Shown: positions 39,814-50,125, counted from the first letter of the stretch. The stretch: 64,000 nucleotides of DNA from Minisyncoccota bacterium (GCA_041389025.1 JAWKSP010000001.1:414663-478662), one strand, 5' to 3'. The notes: generated by a model not told the origin, from the sequence alone. Numbers and translations are program-made.

Positions 39814-40119
39814 ATGATTTCCTTTGGCACTACTGTAAATATATGGCGAGAATTTAATACTTACGAAGCATTATTTTGGTTGATTTTAAGTTTGGTGGTT
39901 TTTTTATTTAAAAATCATTTACCAAGCAAATATAAAAACTGGATTATATTTAGTTCGATAAACGTCTTTTTATTTGGAGTGTCAGATATTGTAGAAATTT
40001 ATACTGAAGGATTTTTGCATACTGCTAAGTGGCTTCTTTGTTGGAAAGCACTACATGTGGTCGGATTGGTAATTAGTTTTGGTTGGTATATTAAATTAAG
40101 ACTAAAATCATACAATTAG
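39814..40119 (+). CDS. Hypothetical small membrane protein
   Basis: Three predicted TM helices. Confidence 0.4.
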   Translation: MISFGTTVNIWREFNTYEALFWLILSLVVFLFKNHLPSKYKNWIIFSSINVFLFGVSDIVEIYTEGFLHTAKWLLCWKALHVVGLVISFGWYIKLRLKSYN

Positions 40120-40181
40120 TAATTTGAATGATTTTAAAAGTATTTTGCTATAATTATTTTATACAAGCTAGCGTTTAATTT

Positions 40182-40874
40182 ATGTTATCTATTAAAAACC
40201 TTTCCAGATTAACCGGAGCAACTTATTTGCTAATGGTACCGTTTGGGGTTTTGGGAATTTTGTACATTCCAAATGTCATTTTGGTGTCAGGTGATATGGT
40301 GGCCACTATCGAGAATATACGAAACAACTTATCGATGTTTCATTTTAGTATTTTTGCTTCGTTGGTGGTTCAGCTTATACAAATAATCTTAGTCCTCCTT
40401 TTATATAAGCTTCTTAGTCATATCAGCAAAACCGCCGGCATACTGATGATTGCTTTTATTGTGCCGGCGGTTTCGATTGCCATGTTAAACGAAGTCAGTC
40501 TTTTGGCTATCAGTAGTTTGGTCAGCGGAGTTGCTTTTACAGCTACTTTTACCGCCGAGCAAGTACAAGGTTTGGTTGGTCTATTGTTTGATATGCACCA
40601 GTCCGGTGTGATGGTGGCGCAAATATTTTGGGGATTGTGGTTGTTTCCAATGGGATACTTGGCGTATAAGTCAGGTTACATTCCTCGTTTGATTGGCGTA
40701 CTTTTGATGATCGGCTGTTTTGGTTATTTGGCGGATTCACTTTTGTTTATTCTAAATATTGAAATCGGTTTTACCGTTAGTGAGTACACTTTCTTAGGTG
40801 AAGTGTTGTTGCCGTTATGGTTGATTATAAAAGCAAAAGAAATTGCCAGAAAACATCCAAAGTTTCAGGTTTGA
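40182..40874 (+). CDS. Hypothetical polytopic membrane protein
   Basis: Six hydrophobic segments. Confidence 0.5.
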   Translation: MLSIKNLSRLTGATYLLMVPFGVLGILYIPNVILVSGDMVATIENIRNNLSMFHFSIFASLVVQLIQIILVLLLYKLLSHISKTAGILMIAFIVPAVSIAMLNEVSLLAISSLVSGVAFTATFTAEQVQGLVGLLFDMHQSGVMVAQIFWGLWLFPMGYLAYKSGYIPRLIGVLLMIGCFGYLADSLLFILNIEIGFTVSEYTFLGEVLLPLWLIIKAKEIARKHPKFQV

Positions 40875-40916
40875 GGTGAAACCATAAATCGGCTTAGTGT
40901 AAAAGTGTTTGCTCAA

Positions 40917-40936
40917 TATATATATATATATATATT
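40917..40936. repeat. (TA)n dinucleotide microsatellite immediately upstream of TTGACT
   Basis: tatatatatatatatatat followed by ttgact. Confidence 0.8.
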
Positions 40937-41027
40937 GACTTGTTGTTGATATAAAGTACCATTATTGATGGAAGGGCGATAGTTATTTATTGTCCTTTTG
41001 TTTTTTTAATGTAACAAGGAGAAGATC

Positions 41028-41558
41028 ATGGATTATTTTAATGGTGATGTTTTTCAGGTCGTCTTTCTATACGTTATTCTTTGTATCGGTGTTGTTGTTA
41101 GTGTTTCGAGTTTAATTTTTGTTTTGTCTAACGGTTTAAGTTATCTTATAGAAAAAGAATTTGAGAGAGTTAGGGAACAAAAAAATAAGGCCCAAAATTG
41201 GCTTGGTGATTTTAGGAGTAATCTTATTTTGTTACATTTGGATAATGTTGTTTCTAGGTTACGCTTTATCGAAAATAACAACGAAAAACGGAATAAGCTA
41301 ACTCTTTTGAATGACTTGAAAGAAGTTGGATATAAATTAAACAAAATTATACAAATGCAAGGTGTTATGACTAGCATTAACGGTATAATTCAGAGAATGT
41401 CTGATGAAAAAACTAGTGAACTGAGAGAGTTTATTGAAAGATATGATAAACTTAAGTCATCTGATCCAGAAAGGATAGAGTATGACGCTAGGTTGTTAAA
41501 CATAATACTTAATAACCTAAATAATCTGGATAGTTTAAATGACGGGGCAGTAATATGA
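41028..41558 (+). CDS. Hypothetical membrane-anchored coiled-coil protein
   Basis: AGGAG RBS; N-terminal TM then Lys/Glu/Asn-rich coiled coil. Confidence 0.45.
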   Translation: MDYFNGDVFQVVFLYVILCIGVVVSVSSLIFVLSNGLSYLIEKEFERVREQKNKAQNWLGDFRSNLILLHLDNVVSRLRFIENNNEKRNKLTLLNDLKEVGYKLNKIIQMQGVMTSINGIIQRMSDEKTSELREFIERYDKLKSSDPERIEYDARLLNIILNNLNNLDSLNDGAVI

Positions 41559-41574
41559 CTTTTTGAAAGCCGTT

Positions 41575-41612
41575 TAATACCTCTAGTGATTTTTTGCTAG
41601 AGGTATTTTTTT
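41575..41612 (+). terminator. Rho-independent terminator
   Basis: aatacctctag-tgattttttg-ctagaggtatt + T tract. Confidence 0.75.
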
Positions 41613-41651
41613 AGTATTAAATTTTGTTTTTTGCTATACTCAAACAAAATT

Positions 41652-42524
41652 ATGTCACAGGAGATACAAGAGAGAATTGTGGAAATTGAAGCAAAGATGC
41701 TTTTGCCGACTTTTTGGAATGATCCTAAAGAGGCGCAGGCAATGATAAAGGAGTTGCAAGAACTGAAGGATCGGGTAGAGGGTAAAGGAAAGTATGACAG
41801 AAATAATGCGGTAATAACTATCGTGGCTGGAGCAGGAGGGGATGATGCGGAAGATTTTGCGCGGATGTTGGTCGAAATGTATCAGGGTTTTGCGACTAGA
41901 AAAAATTGGCAGTCGGTAGTCATTGATAGTAATACCAATGACCATAATGGTTATAGGAACATCACTTTTGAAGCACAAGGCAAAGATGCTTATGGAATCT
42001 TGAAGAAAGAATCCGGTGTACACCGTTTGGTACGTATCTCACCTTTTAACAGTAATGGAAAGAGGCAGACCTCTTTTGTTTTGGTGGAGATTTCACCACA
42101 GATTGAAGACTTGAGTGAGGTTGAACTGAAAGATGAGGATATAGAAGTAAGCTTTGCTCGCTCCGGTGGAGCCGGTGGACAAAATGTAAACAAGCGAGAG
42201 ACAGCGGTGAGAATAGTACATAAGCCAACTAATATTTCAGTGCACGTGTCTTCAGAAAGATCGCAACAACAAAATCGTGAGCTCGGTCTTGCACTTTTGG
42301 CTGGTAAATTATTTTCTTTCTATGAGGAACAGAGAGCGAGAGAGATGCGTGGATTGTCGATTGAAAAATCAGTAAAAATTGAATGGGGGAGTCAGATTCG
42401 TTCGTATGTTCTTCATCCTTATCAGTTGGTAAAAGATCACAGGACTGGAGTAGAGGTAAGAAATGTAGAACAGGTTTTAGCCGGTGATATTGATGAGTTT
42501 ATAAAGGCGGAGTTGGAAGAGTAG
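41652..42524 (+). CDS. prfB: Peptide chain release factor 2-like (RF2) with shortened N-terminal domain, no programmed frameshift
   Basis: SPF tripeptide motif, GGQ motif, domain 2/4 similarity to RF2 ([46 protein letters not shown]); only ~58 aa precede domain 2. Confidence 0.75.
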   Translation: MSQEIQERIVEIEAKMLLPTFWNDPKEAQAMIKELQELKDRVEGKGKYDRNNAVITIVAGAGGDDAEDFARMLVEMYQGFATRKNWQSVVIDSNTNDHNGYRNITFEAQGKDAYGILKKESGVHRLVRISPFNSNGKRQTSFVLVEISPQIEDLSEVELKDEDIEVSFARSGGAGGQNVNKRETAVRIVHKPTNISVHVSSERSQQQNRELGLALLAGKLFSFYEEQRAREMRGLSIEKSVKIEWGSQIRSYVLHPYQLVKDHRTGVEVRNVEQVLAGDIDEFIKAELEE

Positions 42525-42530
42525 GGTAAG

Positions 42531-42586
42531 AATTAAAAGACATGGCGGACGAAAACCAAAGGTTTTCACCCGCCATGTCTTTTAAT
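42531..42586 (+). terminator. 18-bp perfect stem terminator with nested hairpin
   Basis: aattaaaagacatggcgg ... ccgccatgtcttttaatt. Confidence 0.75.
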
Positions 42587-42652
42587 TCTCGCTTCATTAT
42601 TTTCACCTACCAAAAATTAGCTCTGATTAAATATCATGATATAATATTTTTC

Positions 42653-43336
42653 ATGATTTACTTTGATAATGTTTCTAAATTATACGCTGATGGTCGTTCA
42701 GCGGCCATTCAAGAAGTGACTTTTCAAGTCGCACCAAAAGAGTTTGTCTCAATCGTTGGTCATTCTGGAGCAGGTAAGACGACACTCCTTAAGATGATTA
42801 TTGCCGAAGATAGACCAAGTCACGGACAAGTTTTTTTTGAATCAATTGATGTACACAAGATTCCTCGTACTAAACTACCTCATTATCGTCGAAAAATTGG
42901 AACCGTTTTTCAGGACTTCAAACTTTTACCTAATAAAACCGCTTACGAAAATATTGCATTTGCTATGGAAGCCAACGGTCGAACCGATGAAGAAATAGCT
43001 GAAAACGTACCGCAAGCTTTAGCTTTGGTAGATCTTGATGATAAAGCTTTTAATTTTCCCAATGAGCTGTCTGGAGGAGAAAAGCAGAGAGTAGCGATTG
43101 CTCGAGCGATTGTAAATCAGCCAGATATTATAGTGGCTGACGAGCCGACCGGAAATCTTGATCCAATTGCCACTTATGAGGTGGTACAGATTTTAAGAAA
43201 AATAAACGATCTAGGTACCACTGTCATCATGACTACTCACAATAAAGGGGTGATCGATGAACTTGGTCGTCGTGTGATTACCATGGATGAAGGTCGGATA
43301 GTAAGGGATGACGTAAACGGTAAGTACGTATTATAA
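42653..43336 (+). CDS. ftsE: Cell division ATP-binding protein FtsE
   Basis: Walker A GHSGAGKTT, ABC signature LSGGEKQRVAIARA, Walker B IIVADEPT; TATAAT 9 nt upstream of ATG. Confidence 0.85.
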   Translation: MIYFDNVSKLYADGRSAAIQEVTFQVAPKEFVSIVGHSGAGKTTLLKMIIAEDRPSHGQVFFESIDVHKIPRTKLPHYRRKIGTVFQDFKLLPNKTAYENIAFAMEANGRTDEEIAENVPQALALVDLDDKAFNFPNELSGGEKQRVAIARAIVNQPDIIVADEPTGNLDPIATYEVVQILRKINDLGTTVIMTTHNKGVIDELGRRVITMDEGRIVRDDVNGKYVL

Positions 43337-43344
43337 TAGTAACT

Positions 43345-44271
43345 ATGTTGACCGCGATTCGTAGAATTACTCGAGCTGGATTTATTGGTTTTTGGCGTAG
43401 TGCTTATGTCTCTTTAGCCTCTATTTTTGTTTTAACTATCACTTTATTTGTGGTTGGTTCAACAATGTTTGTCGATCAGTTGCTTACTACTTCACTTAAA
43501 ACTATTCAAGAAAAAGTTGATATTAACGTCTACTTTGAGCCAACCGCTAATCAAGAAGATGTAGATACGATAAGAACTGCTATCGAAGCTTTTCCAGATG
43601 TTGAACAGGTGACTTATGTTTCTCGGGAAGAGGTTTTAGCTAAATATAGAGAAGAAAATCAAAATGACGAGACAGCTTTAATCGCCCTTGAAGAGTTGGA
43701 CGAAAATCCATTTGGCGCCACTATCGCTATTAGGGCTAAAAATACCACTCAGTATGAAAGTATAGCGCGGTTTATTATGGAACAACAAGAAACCATTTCA
43801 CCGCAAAACCCACCGGTTATTGATGAAGTAAACTATGAGGATAGTAAAGCTTCTATCGATACACTAACTTCTATTATCGATACAGTAGAAAGAGCTAGTT
43901 ATGTGATTTTGATAGTGATGATTGTAGCGGCGATTTTGATAACTTTTAACACTATCAGATTGGCTATTTATACCGCTCGTGAAGAAATCGCTATTATGCG
44001 TTTAGTTGGTGCTTCTAATATGTTTATTCGTGGTCCGTTTATGGTGCAAGGTATGATGTATGGTTTGGCCGCTGGAGTATTTACGATTTTGTTGTTCTAT
44101 CCGATTTTATCTTGGCTTGGTCCAAAAACCGAAGAATTTTTTGATGGTTTCAATTTGTTCTCTTATTTTGTTTCCAATTTTAGTGATATCTTTTTATTGC
44201 TAGTCGGGGTTGGTATTGTACTTGGTTTGATTTCCAGCTTGTTAGCAATTGCTAGATATTTGCGAGTTTAG
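43345..44271 (+). CDS. ftsX: Cell division permease FtsX
   Basis: N-terminal TM, periplasmic domain, three C-terminal TM; follows ftsE. Confidence 0.85.
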   Translation: MLTAIRRITRAGFIGFWRSAYVSLASIFVLTITLFVVGSTMFVDQLLTTSLKTIQEKVDINVYFEPTANQEDVDTIRTAIEAFPDVEQVTYVSREEVLAKYREENQNDETALIALEELDENPFGATIAIRAKNTTQYESIARFIMEQQETISPQNPPVIDEVNYEDSKASIDTLTSIIDTVERASYVILIVMIVAAILITFNTIRLAIYTAREEIAIMRLVGASNMFIRGPFMVQGMMYGLAAGVFTILLFYPILSWLGPKTEEFFDGFNLFSYFVSNFSDIFLLLVGVGIVLGLISSLLAIARYLRV

Positions 44272-44284
44272 AGTTTGGTTTGTT

Positions 44285-45958
44285 ATGGTGCAAAAAACTA
44301 AAGTGAAGAAAAATAAAAAAATAAAAAAGCAAGACACCAAATATTTATTTGTAGTTGGGGGTGTGATGAGTGGAGTTGGTAAAGGAGTGACTTCTTCTAC
44401 AGTAGCTCATCTTTTGCAGGCTCGTGGTCTTAAGGTGACAGCAATGAAGATTGATCCATATATAAATGTTGATGCCGGCACTATGAATCCAACTGAACAT
44501 GGAGAGGTTTTCGTACTCAAAGATGGTCTTGAGACCGACCAAGACATGGGTAATTATGAAAGATTCTTAAATACTGACTTGCCAGCTATCAATTACATGA
44601 CCACTGGTAGTGTTTATTTATCAGTTATAGAAAAAGAAAGGAACCTTGGTTACGAAGGAAAAAATGTACAAGTAGTACCAGATATTCCCTTAGAAGTAAT
44701 TTCCCGTATAAAAAAAGCCGCTAAAGTAGCTGAGGCTGATGTGGTGATCGTGGAGGTGGGGGGAACTATTGGTGAATATGAAAATATTCTTTTTTTAGAA
44801 GCGATTCGCATGATGCGAATTGAGGAGCCGGAAAATGTTGGGGTAATTATGGTTAGTTACCTACCAGTACCAGGAAGTATTGGTGAAATGAAGACTAAGC
44901 CGACTCAGCATGCTGCTAGAACTTTAGGTAGCGCTGGAGTGTTTGCTGATATGATAATTGCCAGAAGTCCAGTCGAGATAGATGATAAGAGAAAGGAGAA
45001 AATCGCAACTTTTTGCGGAGTGAAGAAGGAACACGTTATTTCAGCACCCGATTTAGATAGCATATATGATATTCCACTGAACTTTGAAAAAGATAGTTTT
45101 TCAGAGAAACTTTGCAATATCCTAGGTTTGTCAATTAAGAAACCAGCTGATTTATCAGCTTGGAAAAAATTTGTAGCTAAGTCTAAAAAAGGTAATGATA
45201 AAGTAAAGATTGCCGTGATAGGAAAGTATTTTCAGTCAGGTGATTTTGTTTTGTCGGATGTCTACTTATCAGTTTTGGAAGCCATTAAATATTCGGCTTA
45301 TTCACTGCGTTTAACACCAGAAATTACCTATTTATCTTCAAGTGATTTTGCGGATAAAAAACAACTAAAACAGTTAGATCAGTACGCTGGAATTTTAGTG
45401 CCAGGAGGGTTTGGTGCTACCGGTATAGATGGTAAGCTTAGTGTAATTGAGTATGTACGTAAAAAGAAAATTCCGTATTTCGGAATTTGTTATGGAATGC
45501 AGTTGGCTGTACTTGAATATGCTAAAAATGTTTTAAAATTAGAAGCTAGTACAGCTGAGATTGATAATCAAGCTAAGCATCTGGTGGTTGATATTATGCC
45601 TGAACAAAAAGAACTGATTAAAAAAGGAAAATTGGGAGGAACTATGCGTCTTGGTGAGTATGAAGCAGTAATCAAGAAAGGCACACAGGCTTATAAAGCT
45701 TATAAGTCAGAGAAGATTATTGAGCGTCACCGCCATCGTTATGAGATAAATGGGGAATACATTGCAAGATTAGAAGATAAGGGAATGATTTTTTCTGGTA
45801 CTTCAGCCGACAAACGATTGATGGAAATAGTTGAGCTACCAACCACTACACATCCGTTTTTTGTTGGGGTACAGTTTCATCCAGAGTTGATAGCGAGACC
45901 TTTAAGGCCACATCCACTTTTTACTGCTTTTATTAAAGCGGCATACGAAACAAAATAA
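44285..45958 (+). CDS. pyrG: CTP synthase
   Basis: N-terminal synthetase domain YLFVVGGVMSGVGKG, C-terminal glutamine amidotransferase with GICYGMQ catalytic Cys and HRHRYE. Confidence 0.9.
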   Translation: MVQKTKVKKNKKIKKQDTKYLFVVGGVMSGVGKGVTSSTVAHLLQARGLKVTAMKIDPYINVDAGTMNPTEHGEVFVLKDGLETDQDMGNYERFLNTDLPAINYMTTGSVYLSVIEKERNLGYEGKNVQVVPDIPLEVISRIKKAAKVAEADVVIVEVGGTIGEYENILFLEAIRMMRIEEPENVGVIMVSYLPVPGSIGEMKTKPTQHAARTLGSAGVFADMIIARSPVEIDDKRKEKIATFCGVKKEHVISAPDLDSIYDIPLNFEKDSFSEKLCNILGLSIKKPADLSAWKKFVAKSKKGNDKVKIAVIGKYFQSGDFVLSDVYLSVLEAIKYSAYSLRLTPEITYLSSSDFADKKQLKQLDQYAGILVPGGFGATGIDGKLSVIEYVRKKKIPYFGICYGMQLAVLEYAKNVLKLEASTAEIDNQAKHLVVDIMPEQKELIKKGKLGGTMRLGEYEAVIKKGTQAYKAYKSEKIIERHRHRYEINGEYIARLEDKGMIFSGTSADKRLMEIVELPTTTHPFFVGVQFHPELIARPLRPHPLFTAFIKAAYETK

Positions 45959-45960
45959 TT

Positions 45961-46386
45961 ATGGCTAGCTGGGCAATATACGCATTATTAGCTGCTTTCT
46001 TTGCTTCTTTGGTGGCAATTTTCGGTAAAATTGGAGTGAAGGATGTCGATAGTAATTTAGCGGTGGCAATTCGTACGGTTGTTATCTTATTTTTTGCTTG
46101 GGGTATAGTCCTAATACAAGGTAACGCTTCCGACATGTTTAAAATTTCTAAGTATTCGATGACCTTTATTGTACTATCGGCATTGGCAACCGGAGCTTCA
46201 TGGATGTTTTACTACAAAGCTTTGCAATTGGGCGAAGTGTCTAAAGTGGTACCGATTGATAAATTTAGTATCGTTCTCACTATTCTGATGGCTTTTATCA
46301 TCCTCGGAGAGAAGCCGACTTTGGGTACGGTGCTTGGTGGACTTTTGGTGACGGCTGGGGTGTTTGTAACTATTTATATAAAGTAA
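45961..46386 (+). CDS. EamA-like (DMT superfamily) half-size transporter, 4 TM
   Basis: 141 aa, four hydrophobic helices, small-transporter topology. Confidence 0.5.
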   Translation: MASWAIYALLAAFFASLVAIFGKIGVKDVDSNLAVAIRTVVILFFAWGIVLIQGNASDMFKISKYSMTFIVLSALATGASWMFYYKALQLGEVSKVVPIDKFSIVLTILMAFIILGEKPTLGTVLGGLLVTAGVFVTIYIK

Positions 46387-46495
46387 ATTACTTCTGAATT
46401 AGGTGATTCTTTTACTTCAAATTTATTTTCAAATATGGTAGATTAAGTGACGCGCGACCGAAGGTCGCACGTCACTTAATACAAAAAGATATATT

Positions 46496-46564
46496 GCCAG
46501 ATCGTCTAATGGTAGGACTCCAGGTTTTGGTCCTGGCTATCTAGGTTCGAGTCCTAGTCTGGCA
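46496..46564 (+). tRNA. tRNA-Gln (anticodon UUG)
   Basis: Anticodon stem CCAGG/CCTGG loop TTTTGGT, T-arm CTAGG-TTCGAGT-CCTAG, acceptor GCCAGAT/GTCTGGC. Confidence 0.8.
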
Positions 46565-46567
46565 GCA

Positions 46568-46609
46568 AACGTAAAAAGGAATAGCTTTAGCTATTCCTTT
46601 TTACGTTTG
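46568..46609. terminator. Bidirectional terminator, 19-bp perfect stem
   Basis: aaacgtaaaaaggaatagc-ttt-gctattcctttttacgttt. Confidence 0.75.
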
Positions 46610-46642
46610 CTGGCTATATGGGACTAATATCGCATTATAATT

Positions 46643-47641
46643 TTACTGCCAAGTGAACTCTCTGTTAGTAAAGTTTAGTCTACCGACTGAACAGCTGTCG
46701 CTGTTTGGTAGGGTAACTTCCGGACTATTGTAGACATTTCCGTTTTGGTCAGTGAGTCGGACAGTGGTTGGGTGTTCTAGAGGTATGGCGTTCCAAATTT
46801 TATGATCATTTTGTAAGATATTGTTTCCTAAAACTTTATTTTCTTCCGGATAAGAAATGCTAACTTTTACCGGAATATCAGAGCTCAAAAGTAGAGTGGC
46901 GGCCGGCCATAATGGTATGTTGCCAAGTTCGATGTCTGTTTTTGTTATAGGATTTATTAATAGATCACCAGGTTTAAAGTCAAACAAGACAGCTTTTAAA
47001 CGAAGGCTGTCATCAGGGTTTCGACTAATGGACGTAAAGCCCCAATTTTGAAAATAACAACCAGTAGTGTAGTTGGTGTAAAGGGTGCTGACTTGATCTA
47101 TTTCAGTAGTGTTACTGGTAAAAGAAAAATCTCCAGAGCTTGATGATTCGGTAATAATAGTGTTCATACCAATTTCTGGATCCCAAATACGAACATTAGA
47201 TATTGGAGCTTTAGTTATACCATTTATAAATTTACCACTAATGTTTACTTCACTTAAATCCGGTAAAGGTTCCGGTTCCGGTTCTGGTGGCTCGGTATCC
47301 TGACAAGTGCCATTAAATTCACGTATAAAATTTCCACTGTTACCAAGCATACAGTAAGCAACTGTTTCTTCAGTACAACTCATTGTTTCCATGGCAAAAG
47401 TACCACTGGTATTGGGGTTGGCGTTTTGTATACAAGCAGAAAAGGCGTTAGTTCCAGCATTATCTTTTAAAACTTTTATTTTATTTTTCGTGCCTTGATC
47501 ATAACAAGGTCTAATATCTGTGGTTGTACAACCGTCATCGGAAGAAAGTATTTCAAGATTAGGAAACGAAACAGCGGCTGCCAATAGCCCTGCGGGTATA
47601 AGGACGTATAAAATTCTAATATTGCTTAAGAAACCAAACAT
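46643..47641 (-). CDS. Secreted hypothetical protein with Cys-rich N-domain and (EP)n linker
   Basis: Signal peptide MFGFLSNIRILYVLIPAGLLAAAVS; PEPEPEPLPDL linker. Confidence 0.5.
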   Translation of the reverse strand: MFGFLSNIRILYVLIPAGLLAAAVSFPNLEILSSDDGCTTTDIRPCYDQGTKNKIKVLKDNAGTNAFSACIQNANPNTSGTFAMETMSCTEETVAYCMLGNSGNFIREFNGTCQDTEPPEPEPEPLPDLSEVNISGKFINGITKAPISNVRIWDPEIGMNTIITESSSSGDFSFTSNTTEIDQVSTLYTNYTTGCYFQNWGFTSISRNPDDSLRLKAVLFDFKPGDLLINPITKTDIELGNIPLWPAATLLLSSDIPVKVSISYPEENKVLGNNILQNDHKIWNAIPLEHPTTVRLTDQNGNVYNSPEVTLPNSDSCSVGRLNFTNREFTWQ

Positions 47642-47755
47642 AATTATTAATTTATTTTTTATCAAACTCTTTATTATTGTACTAGAATAAATCTTTTACT
47701 TAGTATAATTTTGTGCACATTTAATTTATTTATTAGTTTAAATAGATAGTAAATT

Positions 47756-47920
47756 CTAGTGAGTTAATTTAAAACCAATGTAAATACCGGCTAAAGCTCC
47801 TAAGCCATTAAAAATAATGGTTGACATAGAAAAGCCATAAGCACCCCAAAGTAAAGGTAGATAGCCACCTAGCCAGCCACCAACCATAGCAAATAACCAA
47901 ATTGTTCTTTTTGACTCCAT
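47756..47920 (-). CDS. GlsB/YeaQ/YmgE-family small stress-response membrane protein
   Basis: 54 aa, two Gly-zipper TM helices (GGWLGG, GLGALAG). Confidence 0.5.
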   Translation of the reverse strand: MESKRTIWLFAMVGGWLGGYLPLLWGAYGFSMSTIIFNGLGALAGIYIGFKLTH

Positions 47921-47971
47921 GATAAATATTATACACCTTAATAATTGTAAATAATTACATATTGTATAAAT

Positions 47972-47999
47972 AATCAACCAAAAAATATTTTGGTTGATT
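47972..47999. promoter_or_regulatory. Inverted repeat AATCAACC-N12-GGTTGATT in divergent promoter region
   Basis: Read directly; candidate operator. Confidence 0.3.
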
Positions 48000-48035
48000 A
48001 ACTATTTAAAAGAAAACTGGTAAAATGGTCTGATT

Positions 48036-48434
48036 ATGAAAAGTCTAGCAAAAACATTTATTGGTAACTTGATGTTAGTAGCTTTTGTTAGTACTTTATT
48101 TTTTAGTCTATTTCATGGATTGGTTGGTATGAATATGGGTGAAAATACAAGCAGTTGTCTTTTTATGTCACACGAGGAGGTGGTTTGTCCGATGAGTTTG
48201 TTTGACCATATTAAGGCTTGGCAAACAAGCTTTCTCTCGGTGATGCCTGCCTATGTTTCTTTATTAACTTTCTTTGTTTTTGTTTATTTTGAGAAAGCTC
48301 CTAACTTATTATTTAAAATTAAGCTTTGGCTTCTTTCTATACCGATAAAAATAGATATTGAAAAATATTCAATAATTAAATTATTTCAAGAATTATTTTC
48401 AGATGGAATCTTACATCCAAAGCTTTTTAATTGA
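48036..48434 (+). CDS. Hypothetical membrane protein with HEEVVCPM motif (possible metal-binding)
   Basis: Two TM segments flanking Cys/His/Met cluster; first gene of copper cluster. Confidence 0.4.
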   Translation: MKSLAKTFIGNLMLVAFVSTLFFSLFHGLVGMNMGENTSSCLFMSHEEVVCPMSLFDHIKAWQTSFLSVMPAYVSLLTFFVFVYFEKAPNLLFKIKLWLLSIPIKIDIEKYSIIKLFQELFSDGILHPKLFN

Positions 48435-48475
48435 CGATACTTTTTTGTTTTATAAGTAAATTAAAATTATATTTT

Positions 48476-50125
48476 ATGAAATATGTGTTAAGTATTGCAA
48501 TTGTTGTTTTTATTATCAGTGTAATATCTTGGTGGGGACAAAAAGATAAACTAGAGACTCAGTTCAGTTTTTCTAACATTGGTATTGAAGATGATTTAAC
48601 TGAATTACCAAAAATAGCTATCGATACAGTTAAACCAACTGAAATAGTTGAGTTAAAAGATGGAGATATTTTTAACTTAACTGCTTCTGTTGTACGACAA
48701 GAGGTTGGTAATAGGGTGGTTAAAAGATTGGCTTATAACGGACAGATTCCTGGACCAATTATAAAAGTACAAAAAGGCTCAAAGGTCACTATTAATTTTA
48801 AAAATAATATTGACATGGAAACTTCAGTACACTCACATGGTCTTAGGGGTGATTGGCAAATGGACGGAGCAGTACCGATAGTTCCAGCGGTAAAAGTCGG
48901 TGAGACTTTTAGTTATGAATTAGAGTTTCCTGACACTGGTGTGTTCTGGTATCATCCTCATGTACGTGAAGACTACCAACAGGAACTTGGTCTCTATGGT
49001 AATTTTATTGTTGAAGAAGAAAATTATTGGAATAAGGCAGATAAAGAAGAGTATTTAATTTTTGACGATATTTTAACTGATGGAAAATTTAGTTCTGAGC
49101 GAGTAACTAATACACTGATGGGCCGTTACGGTGATACTTTTTTGATAAATGATAATAAAAATTACAATCTTTCTCTAAAGCAAGGTGAGATTAACCGTTT
49201 ATTCATTACTAATGTTGCTAATACCAGAACTTTTGATTTGTCTTTTCCGAAGTCGCAAATGAAATTAGTTGGTGGTGACTTGGGAAGAATTGAAAAAGAA
49301 GTGATGGTTGACGGTGTTATTATTGCTCCAGCAGAAAGATATGTAGTTGAGCTTTATTATTCTGAGGCTGGAGTCTATGATATTACACATAGAGGTAAAA
49401 AGATCGGTATTGTGACAGTGAAAGATGGTGAGTTAGATCGGAAAAGTGAGTTTATTCAGTTACGTGATAATGATGACTATGCTGACTTAAGAAATAAATT
49501 TAGTACTTTTTTAAACAGTGAACCAGATAAGAGGCTTAGGTTAGATATTGTCATGAAAGGAATGGTGGGAAATATGGCAGTTATGCATGGTCAGAATAAT
49601 AATGATGACATTATAAATTTAATGGGAGTAGAGATGACTAGAGAAGGGGCGATTGAGCATTGTAGAATGATGCCACAAATGGCTGGTTGTGAACCGTATC
49701 TAGATAATAATACTGAGAAATATAATGATGGTATTGAGTGGGAAGATGATATGGCAATGATGAATAGTATAAGTACAGATGAGACTTTGGAATGGGTGAT
49801 TGAAGATGAGATAACTAGAAAGCGAAACAGTGATATTGATTGGTCTTTCAAACAGGGTGACTTAGTTAAAGTTAGGGTTTACAATGATGAAAATGGTATG
49901 CATCCAATGCAGCATCCACTTCACTTTCATGGGCAAAGGTTTGTGGTTTTAAGTAGAAACGGTGTATCTAATGATAATTTACAATGGAAAGATACTGTTC
50001 TTATTCCAAGAGGAGAAACAGTTGATCTTCTGATTGATATGAGCAACCTAGGAAAATGGATGGCGCATTGTCATATTGCTGAGCATTTACACTCCGGTAT
50101 GATGTTTGGTTTTTCGGTTGAATAA
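48476..50125 (+). CDS. Multicopper oxidase
   Basis: Copper ligand motifs HSHG, WYHPH, C-terminal HCHIAEHLHSGMMFGF (HCHxxxHxxxxM). Confidence 0.8.
   Translation: MKYVLSIAIVVFIISVISWWGQKDKLETQFSFSNIGIEDDLTELPKIAIDTVKPTEIVELKDGDIFNLTASVVRQEVGNRVVKRLAYNGQIPGPIIKVQKGSKVTINFKNNIDMETSVHSHGLRGDWQMDGAVPIVPAVKVGETFSYELEFPDTGVFWYHPHVREDYQQELGLYGNFIVEEENYWNKADKEEYLIFDDILTDGKFSSERVTNTLMGRYGDTFLINDNKNYNLSLKQGEINRLFITNVANTRTFDLSFPKSQMKLVGGDLGRIEKEVMVDGVIIAPAERYVVELYYSEAGVYDITHRGKKIGIVTVKDGELDRKSEFIQLRDNDDYADLRNKFSTFLNSEPDKRLRLDIVMKGMVGNMAVMHGQNNNDDIINLMGVEMTREGAIEHCRMMPQMAGCEPYLDNNTEKYNDGIEWEDDMAMMNSISTDETLEWVIEDEITRKRNSDIDWSFKQGDLVKVRVYNDENGMHPMQHPLHFHGQRFVVLSRNGVSNDNLQWKDTVLIPRGETVDLLIDMSNLGKWMAHCHIAEHLHSGMMFGFSVE

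Noticed and set aside
41560-41700. Canonical prfB +1 programmed frameshift (short upstream ORF ending in CUU UGA C with internal SD)
   Set aside because: A terminator hairpin occupies 41575-41612 and the RF2 reading frame is continuous from ATG 41652; no in-frame UGA near the 5' end.
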